This document shows positions 30,330 through 40,804 of a stretch of DNA of 64,000 bases, in pieces. The position numbers and the translations under genes are program-made. Positions within the stretch are counted from its first letter, which is position 1. Each line of letters begins with the position of its first letter. Source of the stretch: a virus. Location: IMG/VR virus record IMGVR_UViG_3300011113_000396, positions 32,001 through 96,000 of that record; one strand, written 5' to 3'. The notes beneath the pieces were generated by a model, which did no database searches, was not told where the DNA came from, and saw only the letters and a program-made list of their open reading frames with translations.

Positions 30330-31277
30330 ATGAATATTGATCACTTTGTATGGGCGGAAAAATACCGCCCATCATCCATTTCTGAATGCATTCTTTCTAA
30401 GGAGAATGCAAATACATTCAATAGCATGGTGAAGCAAGGAGAGCCACAAAATCTTATGCTATCCGGCCCAGCCGGATGCGGTAAGACTACGGTTGCTAAG
30501 GCTCTTTGCAAGGATCTTGGATGCGATTACATTCTGATCAACTGCTCTGAAGATGGCAATATTGATACTCTTCGCACAAAGATTCGTGGATTTGCTAGCA
30601 CTGTATCATTGACTAGTGCCAAGAAGGTAGTTATTCTTGATGAATTTGATTATAGCAATGCAAATAGCATTCAACCCGCTCTGCGCGGGGCTATCGAAGA
30701 GTTTTCTTCTAATTGCAGATTCATTATGACTTGCAATTGGCCAAGTCGCATCATTGATCCTCTTCATTCCCGGTGTACGCACATCTCATTTGTGATTCCT
30801 TATGAGGAAAGATCTACGCTTGCGACTAATATGTTTAAGCGTGTGAAGCACATTCTTGATACCGAAAAGGTAAAGTATAACGATAGTGCTCTTGCTACTC
30901 TAGTAAACACCCATTTCCCAGACTTTAGGCGCATTATTAATGAATTGCAGAGATATTCTGTCTCTGGCGAGATTGACGTTGGTATTCTAAGCCAATGCAA
31001 GGAGATCGATCTCAAGAAGCTGGCTGGATATATGTCCAGTAAGAATTTTGCCGAGGTTCGGAAATGGGTCGTCAACAATCTTGAGAATAACAATACAGAT
31101 ATTTTTCGAAGGATCTATGATAATCTGACTGATATGCTACAGCCAGCCAGCATCCCACAAGCAGTCATGATTATTGCAGAATACCAATATAAGGCAGCAT
31201 TTGTCGCAGATCAAGAGATCAATATGACTGCATTCTTGGTAGAAATCATGATGCAATGTGAGTTTAAGAAGAAATGA
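30330..31277 (+). CDS. gp44: Clamp loader large subunit (gp44)
   Basis: W.EKYRP, GPAGCGKTT, ILDE.D, SRC and FPDFRR motifs. Confidence 0.96.
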   Translation: MNIDHFVWAEKYRPSSISECILSKENANTFNSMVKQGEPQNLMLSGPAGCGKTTVAKALCKDLGCDYILINCSEDGNIDTLRTKIRGFASTVSLTSAKKVVILDEFDYSNANSIQPALRGAIEEFSSNCRFIMTCNWPSRIIDPLHSRCTHISFVIPYEERSTLATNMFKRVKHILDTEKVKYNDSALATLVNTHFPDFRRIINELQRYSVSGEIDVGILSQCKEIDLKKLAGYMSSKNFAEVRKWVVNNLENNNTDIFRRIYDNLTDMLQPASIPQAVMIIAEYQYKAAFVADQEINMTAFLVEIMMQCEFKKK

Positions 31278-31645
31278 ACCTATCCAAGGTATTAGAAAGC
31301 ATCAACTATACAAAGGAAGATGCCCTTGTTGACAACGACAAGGATTATGTTCCATTTGTCGTAAATAGATCATTATCATATTTCATTGATACTATAGCCT
31401 ACGCCAATCAGATGAATCTATACCCTCATCTGAACAAGCGTCTTCAATATGATTATCTTAGAAATGCTATTCGCAAGAAGCGCAGATTCAGTAAATGGGC
31501 TAAGAAAGCCGAATACGACTGCCTAGAAGCTGTGTGCTTTTACTATGGATGTTCTAAGGTAAAGGCAATAGAAATCATCAACCTACTCTCCCAAGAGCAA
31601 AAATCACATATACAGTCAGAATACGAAAAACTCCAAAAAACCTAA
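31274..31645 (+). CDS. gp62: Clamp loader small subunit (gp62)
   Basis: YVPFVVNRSLSY..D and QYD.L...RKKRRFSKW motifs. Confidence 0.92.
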   Translation: MNLSKVLESINYTKEDALVDNDKDYVPFVVNRSLSYFIDTIAYANQMNLYPHLNKRLQYDYLRNAIRKKRRFSKWAKKAEYDCLEAVCFYYGCSKVKAIEIINLLSQEQKSHIQSEYEKLQKT

Positions 31646-31669
31646 ATAATTTGGTATTATGGAGTTTTT

Positions 31670-32074
31670 ATGGATAATAATGACATATTTGATGGTTTAG
31701 GTGTTGAAGTAACATTAAAAGATAAAGACGCATTCTTGAAGGTCCGAGAGACCCTAACAAGAATCGGCGTTTCTTCCAATCCAAACAAAAAGCTATATCA
31801 ATCTTGCCATATCTTGCACAAGAAGGGCAGATATGCTATAATGCATTTTAAAGAATTATTTGTTTTAGACGGATTGGATAGTGATATGGACGAAACCGAC
31901 TTGGCAAGAAGAAATACTATTGTAAAGCTTCTTGTCGAATGGGGTTTAGTCGATCCAGTAGATGAGAATAGATATAAGGGGCCTCAGCTTCCGCTGAACA
32001 AGCTCAAGATCATTCCCTTTAAGGAGAAGGGTGATTGGAATCTAGTTCCTAAGTACCATATTGGAAAGAAATAA
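31670..32074 (+). CDS. regA: Translational repressor RegA
   Basis: FLKVRETLTRIGV and LYQSCHILHK.GRY.I.HFKELF.LDG motifs. Confidence 0.96.
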   Translation: MDNNDIFDGLGVEVTLKDKDAFLKVRETLTRIGVSSNPNKKLYQSCHILHKKGRYAIMHFKELFVLDGLDSDMDETDLARRNTIVKLLVEWGLVDPVDENRYKGPQLPLNKLKIIPFKEKGDWNLVPKYHIGKK

Positions 32075-32364
32075 TGAATATTGTTAATGATTATGATTTG
32101 TATGATAAAGCAAGAAATATGCTTTATGAAGGTCTTGCTAAGTACGATATCAAAAAACCAATCTTCATTTATGTTGACAATGAAATTGGCGATGCAGTCT
32201 TTAATATAAAAAAAAATAAACAGAATTTTGAATTAGCTATTATTCTTAGTAATGAAGCTGTAAGTTTTGCTAAAGAAAATCTAATTGAAATTTTTAATAG
32301 ATTTGATATGATTATTACCGATGATCCAGTAATAAGTGAATATTCATTCTTTAGTAAAAAATAA
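32074..32364 (+). CDS. Hypothetical protein
   Basis: TAATG coupling to regA; first gene of the AT-rich island. Confidence 0.5.
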   Translation: MNIVNDYDLYDKARNMLYEGLAKYDIKKPIFIYVDNEIGDAVFNIKKNKQNFELAIILSNEAVSFAKENLIEIFNRFDMIITDDPVISEYSFFSKK

Positions 32365-32370
32365 TTTATT

Positions 32371-32985
32371 ATGATACCAAAAATTATACACCAAATATGG
32401 TTGGGGGATCAATCAAAACGTCCTTCCAACCTTATAGAAACATGGAAAAGTAAAAATCCATCATGGCAACATAAATTGTGGACCGATGATAATTTACCCA
32501 CATTGATATGCAAAAAACAATTTGAAGAATGTCCTTCGCTTCCCGGAAAAGCTGATATTTTAAGATATCAACTTCTTTACCAGCAAGGTGGGTTTTTTAT
32601 TGATGCAGATTCTGAATGTATTAATTCTTTAGATGATTGTTTATTGAATAATCATTGTTTTTGTTGCTGGGAAAACGAAACAGTCCGTAAAGGGCTTATG
32701 GCAAATGGATATTTAGCAGCAGAACGAGAGTGCGAATTGATGAAATTGATTATGAATAAGATTGATTCATATCCACATATGAATTATCCTCCTCTAGCCA
32801 CATGGGAAATAACGGGACCTTTATTACTAACTAATACAGCTTATCTCAATAAGTATCCAATCACAGTGTATCCTAGTTGGTATTTTATACCAAGACATTA
32901 CACTGGATTGGAATATAAGGGTGATGGTAAAATATACGCAAAACAATATTGGGGAACCACTCCAAACAGTGGTTATGATTATTAA
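32371..32985 (+). CDS. Glycosyltransferase, GT32/OCH1-like (DxD sugar-binding)
   Basis: MIPKIIHQIWLG, ADILRY..LY..GG.FIDAD and TGP.LLT motifs. Confidence 0.85.
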   Translation: MIPKIIHQIWLGDQSKRPSNLIETWKSKNPSWQHKLWTDDNLPTLICKKQFEECPSLPGKADILRYQLLYQQGGFFIDADSECINSLDDCLLNNHCFCCWENETVRKGLMANGYLAAERECELMKLIMNKIDSYPHMNYPPLATWEITGPLLLTNTAYLNKYPITVYPSWYFIPRHYTGLEYKGDGKIYAKQYWGTTPNSGYDY

Positions 32986-33740
32986 TGGAAACCGTATCTA
33001 TAGTTTTAAATTCATATCGAAGAACCAGATGGTTTATGGAACAATACCAAGCGATCAAAAATCAATCTGTTCCTATAAATGAAATCTATGTGTGGCAAAA
33101 TAAATCTGATTCCGAGCCAATAGACGCATCATATAAAAACGATGTAATATTTGCAGACTGCAATCAAAATTTAGGTGTTTGGGCAAGATTTGCATTAGCT
33201 TTAAATTGTAGATCAGATTACATTGCAATTTTTGACGATGACACAATTCCCGGATCAAAATGGATAGAGAATTGCTTGAACACACACAAAACTCATCCCG
33301 GATTGCTTGGTACTGTTGGTGTTATATTTGGTGACAAGTATTATACTTGGAACAAAGTGGAGCGTCTAGGTTGGTGTAACTCAAACGAAACAGTGAAACA
33401 AGTTGATATAGTAGGTCATTGTTGGTTTTTTCATAGAGATCTTCTTTCTGTTTTTTGGAGAGAACTTCCGAGCAAAAATCAAATACCAATTGTTGGCGAG
33501 GATATTCATTTTGCTAAAATGATACAAAAATATACTAATCAAGGGGTGTATGTTCCCCCCCATCCAACAAATGACAAGGAAATGTGGGGTAGTATAAAGG
33601 GAGAATCTTATGGACATAGTCAAGAGGCTATATCCATGAATTTGTATCAAGTTGGAAATATGAAACTTGCTGGTGGGCAGATGATGGCTATGGAACTTTC
33701 AAAAGCCGTTGATAATGGATTTAAATTACTAAGAGCATAA
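32985..33740 (+). CDS. Glycosyltransferase, GT-A/GT2-like
   Basis: SIVL..Y.R, IAIFDDD and GEDI motifs. Confidence 0.7.
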   Translation: METVSIVLNSYRRTRWFMEQYQAIKNQSVPINEIYVWQNKSDSEPIDASYKNDVIFADCNQNLGVWARFALALNCRSDYIAIFDDDTIPGSKWIENCLNTHKTHPGLLGTVGVIFGDKYYTWNKVERLGWCNSNETVKQVDIVGHCWFFHRDLLSVFWRELPSKNQIPIVGEDIHFAKMIQKYTNQGVYVPPHPTNDKEMWGSIKGESYGHSQEAISMNLYQVGNMKLAGGQMMAMELSKAVDNGFKLLRA

Positions 33741-33741
33741 G

Positions 33742-34737
33742 ATGATATCAATTTTTTATGGAACAAGACCAGAATATATAAAACTGTATAAACTTTATAC
33801 AGAAATGAAAAATAAAAATTTTAATTGTGAACTAGTAAAAGTAAATCAACACACTACATTAATTGAAGATTGTTTTTCCGATAGATCAGTAGATATTTTA
33901 ACTACTGATAATAATAGACTGAATTCAATTATCCAACAAGCTTTAAATAGTAAATTGTTTGGCTCAGATACAACACATGTAATTGTTCAGGGAGATACTG
34001 CAACTAGTTTTGGAATAGCTTTAAATGCATTTCATAATAAAATAAAAATAATACACATAGAAGCTGGCTTGAGAACTTGGGATAAAGAAAATCCATATCC
34101 AGAAGAAACATATAGAAAATGCATTTCTAGTATGGCTGATGTGCATTTTTGTGTTTCAACATTAAATAAAGAATGTTTACAAAACGAAAGAGTAAACGGT
34201 AAATTATATGTTGTCGGAAATACTGTTTTGGATAATTTAGATAATGAAAATATTTATTATGGAAATATTATTCCTATAACTCTTCATAGAAGAGAGAATA
34301 AAGATAGAATTGAAAAAGTATTAAGGGCAATAGATAATGCAGCTTTAAATTTCAATCATTTAAACTTTGTATATCTAAAACATCCATCTGTAAACATTAA
34401 TAATGAATTTAAAAATATCTTTGTTATGCCACCACAAACCTATTCAAGCATGATAAATATGTTAAAACAATCAAGGTTTGTTATAACTGATAGTGGTGGA
34501 ATTCAAGAAGAAGCATCTTTCTTTAAAAAAAGAACAATAGTTGTAAGAAAAGAAACAGAAAGAAAAGAGGGTCTTGGGGTATTTTCTGTTTTGGCTTTTG
34601 AGCCAATTAGTATAATAGAATCTATTAGAGAGTTTGATGAACATTATGAAATAAATGAACCTTGTCCATATGGCGATGGCAAAGCTGTTGAAAAAATTGT
34701 TACAGTGTTGGAGCAATATATAAATGAAATTATTTAA
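33742..34737 (+). CDS. wecB: UDP-N-acetylglucosamine 2-epimerase (non-hydrolysing)
   Basis: GTRPE, VQGDT, HIEAGLRT, PYPEE, TDSGGIQEEA and YGDG motifs. Confidence 0.92.
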   Translation: MISIFYGTRPEYIKLYKLYTEMKNKNFNCELVKVNQHTTLIEDCFSDRSVDILTTDNNRLNSIIQQALNSKLFGSDTTHVIVQGDTATSFGIALNAFHNKIKIIHIEAGLRTWDKENPYPEETYRKCISSMADVHFCVSTLNKECLQNERVNGKLYVVGNTVLDNLDNENIYYGNIIPITLHRRENKDRIEKVLRAIDNAALNFNHLNFVYLKHPSVNINNEFKNIFVMPPQTYSSMINMLKQSRFVITDSGGIQEEASFFKKRTIVVRKETERKEGLGVFSVLAFEPISIIESIREFDEHYEINEPCPYGDGKAVEKIVTVLEQYINEII

Positions 34738-35419
34738 AACTGAAATTGAAAAGTTATTTACACGATTAATTTCAAGAAAACCTTTTGCATTTAGCAAATA
34801 TGCAGATGGTGAATGGATGGCAATGAATCAATTTCCGGTGTTTAATGGGGAATTTAAATCGGATTCATCGGAAAAAACCTTAAACTCAATTAAACTTTTA
34901 AAAGAATCATTTGTTTATAGAGATCCTAATTATATTGTAGGAATCAGCTGTCCATGCTGCCAAGGCCAAGCACATGAACACATGAAAAAAGTTTCTGGTC
35001 AAGATGAAGAAAATCTTACATATGCAAATATATTTGTAAATTCAAATTATCAATATTATAAAGATAACTTTATCCCAGAGTATAAAAATTGGAATGTAAA
35101 TTTAGTAGCAAATGAAAATTCTAATATAGAAAAATTACCTTTTAATATAAAAAGGTTTTATCCAATCAAAGTTAATGCTTGGGTAGAAAATCTTGATTTA
35201 ATTGAAACATTAAAAGAACTTAATACCCATGATGAATTGTATTTATTCGCCGCAGGACCTTTTGGCAATATATTGACATATAAAATGTGGCAACATAATA
35301 AAAATAATACTTATATGGATATTGGTTCTACATTAAATCCTTGGCTTGGCTTTGAAGGATTTAAACGTGGTTACTTATACGGATCAGAAGATTTAAGCAA
35401 AGTTTGTATTTGGGGTTAA
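34724..35419 (+). CDS. Putative GT-D-fold (DUF1792-like) glycosyltransferase
   Basis: FSKYADGE (cf. R[FY]GDGE), AAGP and DIGS motifs; island context. Confidence 0.5.
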   Translation: MKLFKTEIEKLFTRLISRKPFAFSKYADGEWMAMNQFPVFNGEFKSDSSEKTLNSIKLLKESFVYRDPNYIVGISCPCCQGQAHEHMKKVSGQDEENLTYANIFVNSNYQYYKDNFIPEYKNWNVNLVANENSNIEKLPFNIKRFYPIKVNAWVENLDLIETLKELNTHDELYLFAAGPFGNILTYKMWQHNKNNTYMDIGSTLNPWLGFEGFKRGYLYGSEDLSKVCIWG

Positions 35420-35437
35420 ATATAAAATTAATTTATT

Positions 35438-36160
35438 ATGAATAATATTACATTATTTACATATACACATACTAACTGTAAAGATTTGTGGCCAATATAT
35501 TTTGATTTATTGGATAAACACGCTCCTTCATTTGACAGTATTGTGGCATCAAATCAAGTTTTTAATAGCTATAAAAATCATAAATTTGTAGAATATAAAG
35601 ATGAAAATTATTGCCAAGAAATTGCAAACATTGTTGAAAACAACATACAAACAGAATATATGATTTATATGCAAGAAGATTTTTTCTTGTATGATAATAT
35701 TAATACCGAAGAATTAAAATACATCACTGATTTTTTGGATGAAAATATAGTTTCGTGTGTTCGATTAATTAAATGTGGTCAAGTGACAGAAATTCCAATC
35801 AAAGAAAAAATTTATTGGATTCAAGAACCAAATACACTACACGATTCAGTAACATCAGTATCTTTCCAACCAACTATTTGGAAAACCAAGGATTACGTTG
35901 AACTTTATAGAAATACTGCTTACACTAAATTCCAAGAAGGAATTGAGTTTGCAAAAACCATGAATAAACTTAATTATCGTGCGGCATATTACTATAACAA
36001 AGAACCCAAAAGAGGTGGTATGCATTGGGATTCTTCCATATTTCCATACATAGCAACCGCTGTTGTCAAAGGAAAATGGAATTTCAGAGAATATACATCT
36101 GAACTTGATTTAATATTAAATCAATATAAAATAGATGCTGATGTCAGGGGCAAATGTTAA
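35438..36160 (+). CDS. Putative glycosyltransferase (GT-A-like)
   Basis: IYMQEDFFL, QPTIW and KGKW motifs; island context. Confidence 0.5.
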   Translation: MNNITLFTYTHTNCKDLWPIYFDLLDKHAPSFDSIVASNQVFNSYKNHKFVEYKDENYCQEIANIVENNIQTEYMIYMQEDFFLYDNINTEELKYITDFLDENIVSCVRLIKCGQVTEIPIKEKIYWIQEPNTLHDSVTSVSFQPTIWKTKDYVELYRNTAYTKFQEGIEFAKTMNKLNYRAAYYYNKEPKRGGMHWDSSIFPYIATAVVKGKWNFREYTSELDLILNQYKIDADVRGKC

Positions 36161-36960
36161 TGAATGCTGCAATTGTTTACTTAACACGACGACAAGATAT
36201 AAGTTTTCTTGTTAAAAGTTTAAATTTACTCAATGTTTTTTTTATAGACAAATTTCAATACCCAGTTATTATTTTAGAAGACGATTTAAATAATGTGGAT
36301 AAAGAGCAAATAAAATTATGTTTAAATAATTTAAAAATTAAAAATTTTATTCAATTTGAAAAGATTTCATTTAGTTTACCAGAATCTTTGTCTTTGGATT
36401 CAAATCGATATAATCCACCATTAGATGGTTTTAAGATGGGATACCGAAGCATGTGTCAGTTTTTTTCTGGAGAAATATTTAATTGTAAATTTTTAGAAAA
36501 ATATGATTGGATTTGGAGATTGGATTCTGATTCTTATATATTGAAACCTATAAACTACGATCCTTTTGCATATATGAAGGAAAATAACAAAGTTTATGCT
36601 TACATATCAGAATATATGAAAGATCAACCTTATGTAGTTGAAGGTCTTTTTGAAACGACAAAGCAGTTTATTGATCAAAATAAAATTAAACCTAATTTAA
36701 TTTTACAACAATCATTAATAAATGGTTGGAATTGTGAAATGTTTTACACAAATTTTGAAATTATGAATATTAAATTTATGAAAGAATCTGGATATATTGA
36801 CTATTATGAATTTTTAAATTCAACAAATAATATTTTTTATAAAAGATGGGGCGATGCTCCAATTCGCTGGCTCGGTGTAAATATGTTTGCACAAGAAAAT
36901 GACATATATTGCATAAAAGACATATCATATCAACACCAACATTGGATTAAAAACACATGA
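36154..36960 (+). CDS. Alpha-1,2-mannosyltransferase-like (GT15, Kre2/Mnt1 family)
   Basis: YR.MC.FFSG, YDW.WRLD.D, YDPF..M, FY.NFEI and RWGDAPI motifs. Confidence 0.8.
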   Translation: MLMNAAIVYLTRRQDISFLVKSLNLLNVFFIDKFQYPVIILEDDLNNVDKEQIKLCLNNLKIKNFIQFEKISFSLPESLSLDSNRYNPPLDGFKMGYRSMCQFFSGEIFNCKFLEKYDWIWRLDSDSYILKPINYDPFAYMKENNKVYAYISEYMKDQPYVVEGLFETTKQFIDQNKIKPNLILQQSLINGWNCEMFYTNFEIMNIKFMKESGYIDYYEFLNSTNNIFYKRWGDAPIRWLGVNMFAQENDIYCIKDISYQHQHWIKNT

Positions 36961-37862
36961 GTTGTGTAGTTTTATGCCAGCTCGGATCAAAATGCTTTGA
37001 TCCAAAATTGCAAAAATATTACGATCCTTGGGCATCACACATATGGAATGTTGCTCATCAAATAAGAAAATGGGATACTAATATTCCATTTTATTTTATA
37101 GTCGATGAACAAATTAAAAATATTTCAAACTATGAAAATTTTAATCTACTAAAAATTAATCCAGTCGAAACAAAAGATCTAGATCTGGAATTTGATCTAC
37201 AAAATTTAAATTATTTTCAGTCTCATCATGATCCATTGTGGAAAAATTCTTTACATAGATTTTTTTACATAAATTCTTTATTAAAAAATAAAAAGCTCGA
37301 AAACTGCATTACATTTGATAATGATGTTTTAGTTTATAACAATCTTACAGAGTTAAGCAATAAATTTAATGTTTTATACAAAAATTCATGTATAACACCA
37401 GTAATGTCGAATGAACTAGTATGTGGATTTTTTTGGATAAAAAATTCAAATGTTTTAAGTCGAATTAATGAAGGTTTAATTCATTATGCTAAAAATCCAT
37501 TTGATCATCATCCAACCGAAATGAAAATGCTGTATATGATACAGCAATCAAATCCAAATTTAATTGAAAATCTTCCAATTTGGCCGGATGGGAACAATTC
37601 TGAACATGCGGATTTAATTGGGGGTATCTTTGATCCATGCACGATTAGTCAATTTCTAGCAGGCTGCAATAATGGACAACCACCCGGTACAATTCTAATG
37701 CATCATCTTCTAGGTTCGGAATTACAAAAACATAAGTACACCATACGAGAGACAATTACAGATAATAAAAAAATATTTTACCTTATGGACAAAGAAGGTA
37801 TTATGACTCGTATAAATAACTTGCATATGCACAAAAAAAGTGCTATAAAAAACTATATTTAA
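36957..37862 (+). CDS. Putative glycosyltransferase
   Basis: RFF...FDNDVLVY DxD motif and IFDP; island context. Confidence 0.5.
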   Translation: MSCVVLCQLGSKCFDPKLQKYYDPWASHIWNVAHQIRKWDTNIPFYFIVDEQIKNISNYENFNLLKINPVETKDLDLEFDLQNLNYFQSHHDPLWKNSLHRFFYINSLLKNKKLENCITFDNDVLVYNNLTELSNKFNVLYKNSCITPVMSNELVCGFFWIKNSNVLSRINEGLIHYAKNPFDHHPTEMKMLYMIQQSNPNLIENLPIWPDGNNSEHADLIGGIFDPCTISQFLAGCNNGQPPGTILMHHLLGSELQKHKYTIRETITDNKKIFYLMDKEGIMTRINNLHMHKKSAIKNYI

Positions 37863-37864
37863 AA

Positions 37865-38626
37865 ATGAATTCTATATGTATCACAACTTTTTGTAATAAA
37901 AATTTCTTAAGTAGAACCGAAGAAACAATTCGGCAATTGAGAACAAATGGAAAATATTCGGGAACTATTGTCTTATTGGTGGGAGATGATCTAAAATATT
38001 ATAAAAATAATGATTCTAATTTAATAGTAAAATATTTTCCAACAATCGACAGATCTAAAGTATTACAACAACTTAATGGCGTTTCAACTTCTGATGGGAG
38101 AGATTTAAACAAACCTTTTCAATGGCATAAAATTTATACCTTCCATGATTATTTTCGCCAATGGAATAGCTGCATGTTGATTGATGGTGGAATGAAAATA
38201 TACAACCCAATACAAAAAATGCTGGATTTAGATTGTAGAAATACTTTTTTGGCTCACTGCGATGGCTATCCAACATATGAGTGGAAATTATCAGGACAAT
38301 TTGAATCAGAGCGATTTAAACATCTTTATAAAGAATTGTCTTCTTTGTACGATTTAAACATAGATTATTTTCAAACAGGAATGTATTTATTTGATACTTC
38401 TCTAATAGAAGATCAGACAATAAATCGGCTGTTGGAATTGGGAAACCGTTACATTAATACTAGAACAAATGAACAGGCAATAATGAATTTGTTATTTAAT
38501 TGTGAAAAACAAGTATGGAAACAGATTCAAATAAAAGATGACCAATTGCATTATTATGATTGTATGGAACGAAATGGGTTAAACTGTAAAAATTACATAA
38601 TGTTGAAGATGCCACAGACTTTATAA
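37865..38626 (+). CDS. Putative glycosyltransferase (GT8-like)
   Basis: QWHK..F, FQTG..LFD and NEQ..MNL motifs. Confidence 0.55.
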   Translation: MNSICITTFCNKNFLSRTEETIRQLRTNGKYSGTIVLLVGDDLKYYKNNDSNLIVKYFPTIDRSKVLQQLNGVSTSDGRDLNKPFQWHKIYTFHDYFRQWNSCMLIDGGMKIYNPIQKMLDLDCRNTFLAHCDGYPTYEWKLSGQFESERFKHLYKELSSLYDLNIDYFQTGMYLFDTSLIEDQTINRLLELGNRYINTRTNEQAIMNLLFNCEKQVWKQIQIKDDQLHYYDCMERNGLNCKNYIMLKMPQTL

Positions 38627-38627
38627 T

Positions 38628-39395
38628 ATGAATTACATTCAAGGTGAAAAATTTATTTGTTTGGCTGATGGAATACAGATTCATTACCAAGACACAGAAA
38701 ATGTAGATCGTTTTTTTGAAAATGAGGCACCAAACTATCCATTCATTTTAATAAGTCATAATGGAGATGGTGCAGTCCGGATGGAACGAGACTCGGCTTA
38801 TGATGCAAGTTTGTCTAAAGCACCACCAACTTTAATAAAGTGGTTTGCGCAAAATGTTTGCGTAAGAGATTCCAGAATGCAATCTATTCCAATAGGATTG
38901 GAAAATTCTAAATGGTTTCCAGAATTACAAAAGATAGAAAAATTAAAACAAATAATCAAAAATAATAAATGCAGATACAATAAAATTTATTGCAATTTTA
39001 ATATCGAAACAAATCCAACAGAAAGAATAAAAGCACATGCAATCGCATCTAATCTTTCTTATTGCACGACGAATTTAGGAAAAAATGGATTTGGTTATAA
39101 TGAATATGTTTCAAACTTATATCATCATGATTTTGTATTGTGTCCTGCTGGTAATGGAGAGGACACACATAGGTTATGGGAAACTCTTTATATTGGATCT
39201 ATTCCTATTGTAAAGAGATCCATAAATACAATGTATTACACAGACTTGCCTATTTGTTATGTCGATGATTGGGAAGAAATCAAGAATGAAAAATTTTTAA
39301 ATGACGAATATGAAAGAATTTTAGATAATAATTCTTGGAATATGGATAAATTAAATTTTAATTATTGGTCTAATTTTATACTTAAGGCGAAATAA
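38628..39395 (+). CDS. Exostosin-like (GT47-related) glycosyltransferase
   Basis: FVLCP.GNG.DTHR.WE.L..G.IPIV motif. Confidence 0.7.
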   Translation: MNYIQGEKFICLADGIQIHYQDTENVDRFFENEAPNYPFILISHNGDGAVRMERDSAYDASLSKAPPTLIKWFAQNVCVRDSRMQSIPIGLENSKWFPELQKIEKLKQIIKNNKCRYNKIYCNFNIETNPTERIKAHAIASNLSYCTTNLGKNGFGYNEYVSNLYHHDFVLCPAGNGEDTHRLWETLYIGSIPIVKRSINTMYYTDLPICYVDDWEEIKNEKFLNDEYERILDNNSWNMDKLNFNYWSNFILKAK

Positions 39396-39498
39396 ATGCT
39401 TAATAATGAGGAAATAGAAGAAATTTTTAATAAATTTGTTAAAATAAATTATACTCATGAGTACGACACACGATATCACAAATAAAAAAGGTCTAAAA

Positions 39499-40128
39499 AT
39501 GAAAAGAACTGAACAATTAGTAAATATATTAGAAGATTCCGATAAAAATTATTTATTTTCTAAATTACCTGAATCTATTTTTAAAATTCAAGGCATGTCT
39601 GGAAAATATTTTAAAAATGTTTTAAACAATATTTTATCTAACACCTTTATTAAAGAATATCTTGAAATAGGCGTATGGAAAGGTTCAACCTGTGTTGCAG
39701 GATTGTATGAAAATCAAAATAGATTAAATTACCATATTATTGATAATTTTTGTTCTTTCGGTGGACCAAAAGAAGAATTTGAAAAAAATTTTCAAACATT
39801 TTTGAATAAACCGTCAAATATAATTGATGCAGATTGTTTTTCAATTAAACCAAGTGAGCATGGAATAAAAAATATAGATGTGTATTTTTTTGATGGTCCA
39901 CATGAAAAAATAGATCAATATAATGCTCTCAAATATTATTATGAATATTTAAACGAATCATTTATTTTTATTGTAGATGATTGGAATTGGGAAATGGTTA
40001 GACAAGGCACATGGGATGCTATTAAAGATTTAAATTTAAATGTTCATAAAAATATAGAACATTTTACCGAAACACAGGATTCAAATACTTGGTGGAACGG
40101 GTGCAGTTTTTTTGTTTTGGAAAAATAA
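39499..40128 (+). CDS. Class I SAM-dependent methyltransferase
   Basis: YLEIGVWKGST, FFDGPH and IVDDW motifs; start set at ATG 39499. Confidence 0.75.
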   Translation: MKRTEQLVNILEDSDKNYLFSKLPESIFKIQGMSGKYFKNVLNNILSNTFIKEYLEIGVWKGSTCVAGLYENQNRLNYHIIDNFCSFGGPKEEFEKNFQTFLNKPSNIIDADCFSIKPSEHGIKNIDVYFFDGPHEKIDQYNALKYYYEYLNESFIFIVDDWNWEMVRQGTWDAIKDLNLNVHKNIEHFTETQDSNTWWNGCSFFVLEK

Positions 40129-40130
40129 AC

Positions 40131-40802
40131 ATGAACTTAGATATTTCAAATATTTTTATTTATATTATTCATTATAAAGGCGCAGTTGACAGAAAAACAT
40201 ATTTATCTGAATGGTTAGATCGCAACAGCTTAAAAGCAACATGGATGACAGATCCAGATCGTAACGATCTTACACAAGAAGTAATATCGCAATATTATAA
40301 TCAACATTGTACAAAAGAATGGTCTGATTATCCTCATCTCAATAGATCTTTGACCAAAGGCGAAATAGCATGTTCCATTGCCCACTTGAATGTTTATAAG
40401 GATGCAATAGAAAAAAATTATTCTAATATATTAGTTTTAGAAGATGACTGTACATTCGTACCAAATTTTATTTTAAAGTTTAATAAATTGATGGAAAAAA
40501 TTCCAGATGATTATGACGTTATCTCTTTAGGATCATGTTGTAATTTAAAACACGAAAAAGCCCATCTAGTAACAGAACCAACTTTATTTAAAAAAATACC
40601 GCCAGTTGGCAGATGTGCTTTTTCAAACCTTTTAAGTTTAAAAGGTTGTAAAAAAATCGTTGAAAGATGCATTCCATTTAGTTATCCAATGGATTGGCAA
40701 GCATTTGTGATAGCATCACAACATAATGAAGATCCGTTCAATTTTTATTGGGTAGAACCACCTATAACGATAGATGGTCAAAGTCCAACCACAGTAGGAT
40801 AA
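40131..40802 (+). CDS. Glycosyltransferase, GT25-like
   Basis: GEIAC..AH, LVLEDD and P.DW motifs; start set at ATG 40131. Confidence 0.8.
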   Translation: MNLDISNIFIYIIHYKGAVDRKTYLSEWLDRNSLKATWMTDPDRNDLTQEVISQYYNQHCTKEWSDYPHLNRSLTKGEIACSIAHLNVYKDAIEKNYSNILVLEDDCTFVPNFILKFNKLMEKIPDDYDVISLGSCCNLKHEKAHLVTEPTLFKKIPPVGRCAFSNLLSLKGCKKIVERCIPFSYPMDWQAFVIASQHNEDPFNFYWVEPPITIDGQSPTTVG

Positions 40803-40804
40803 AT

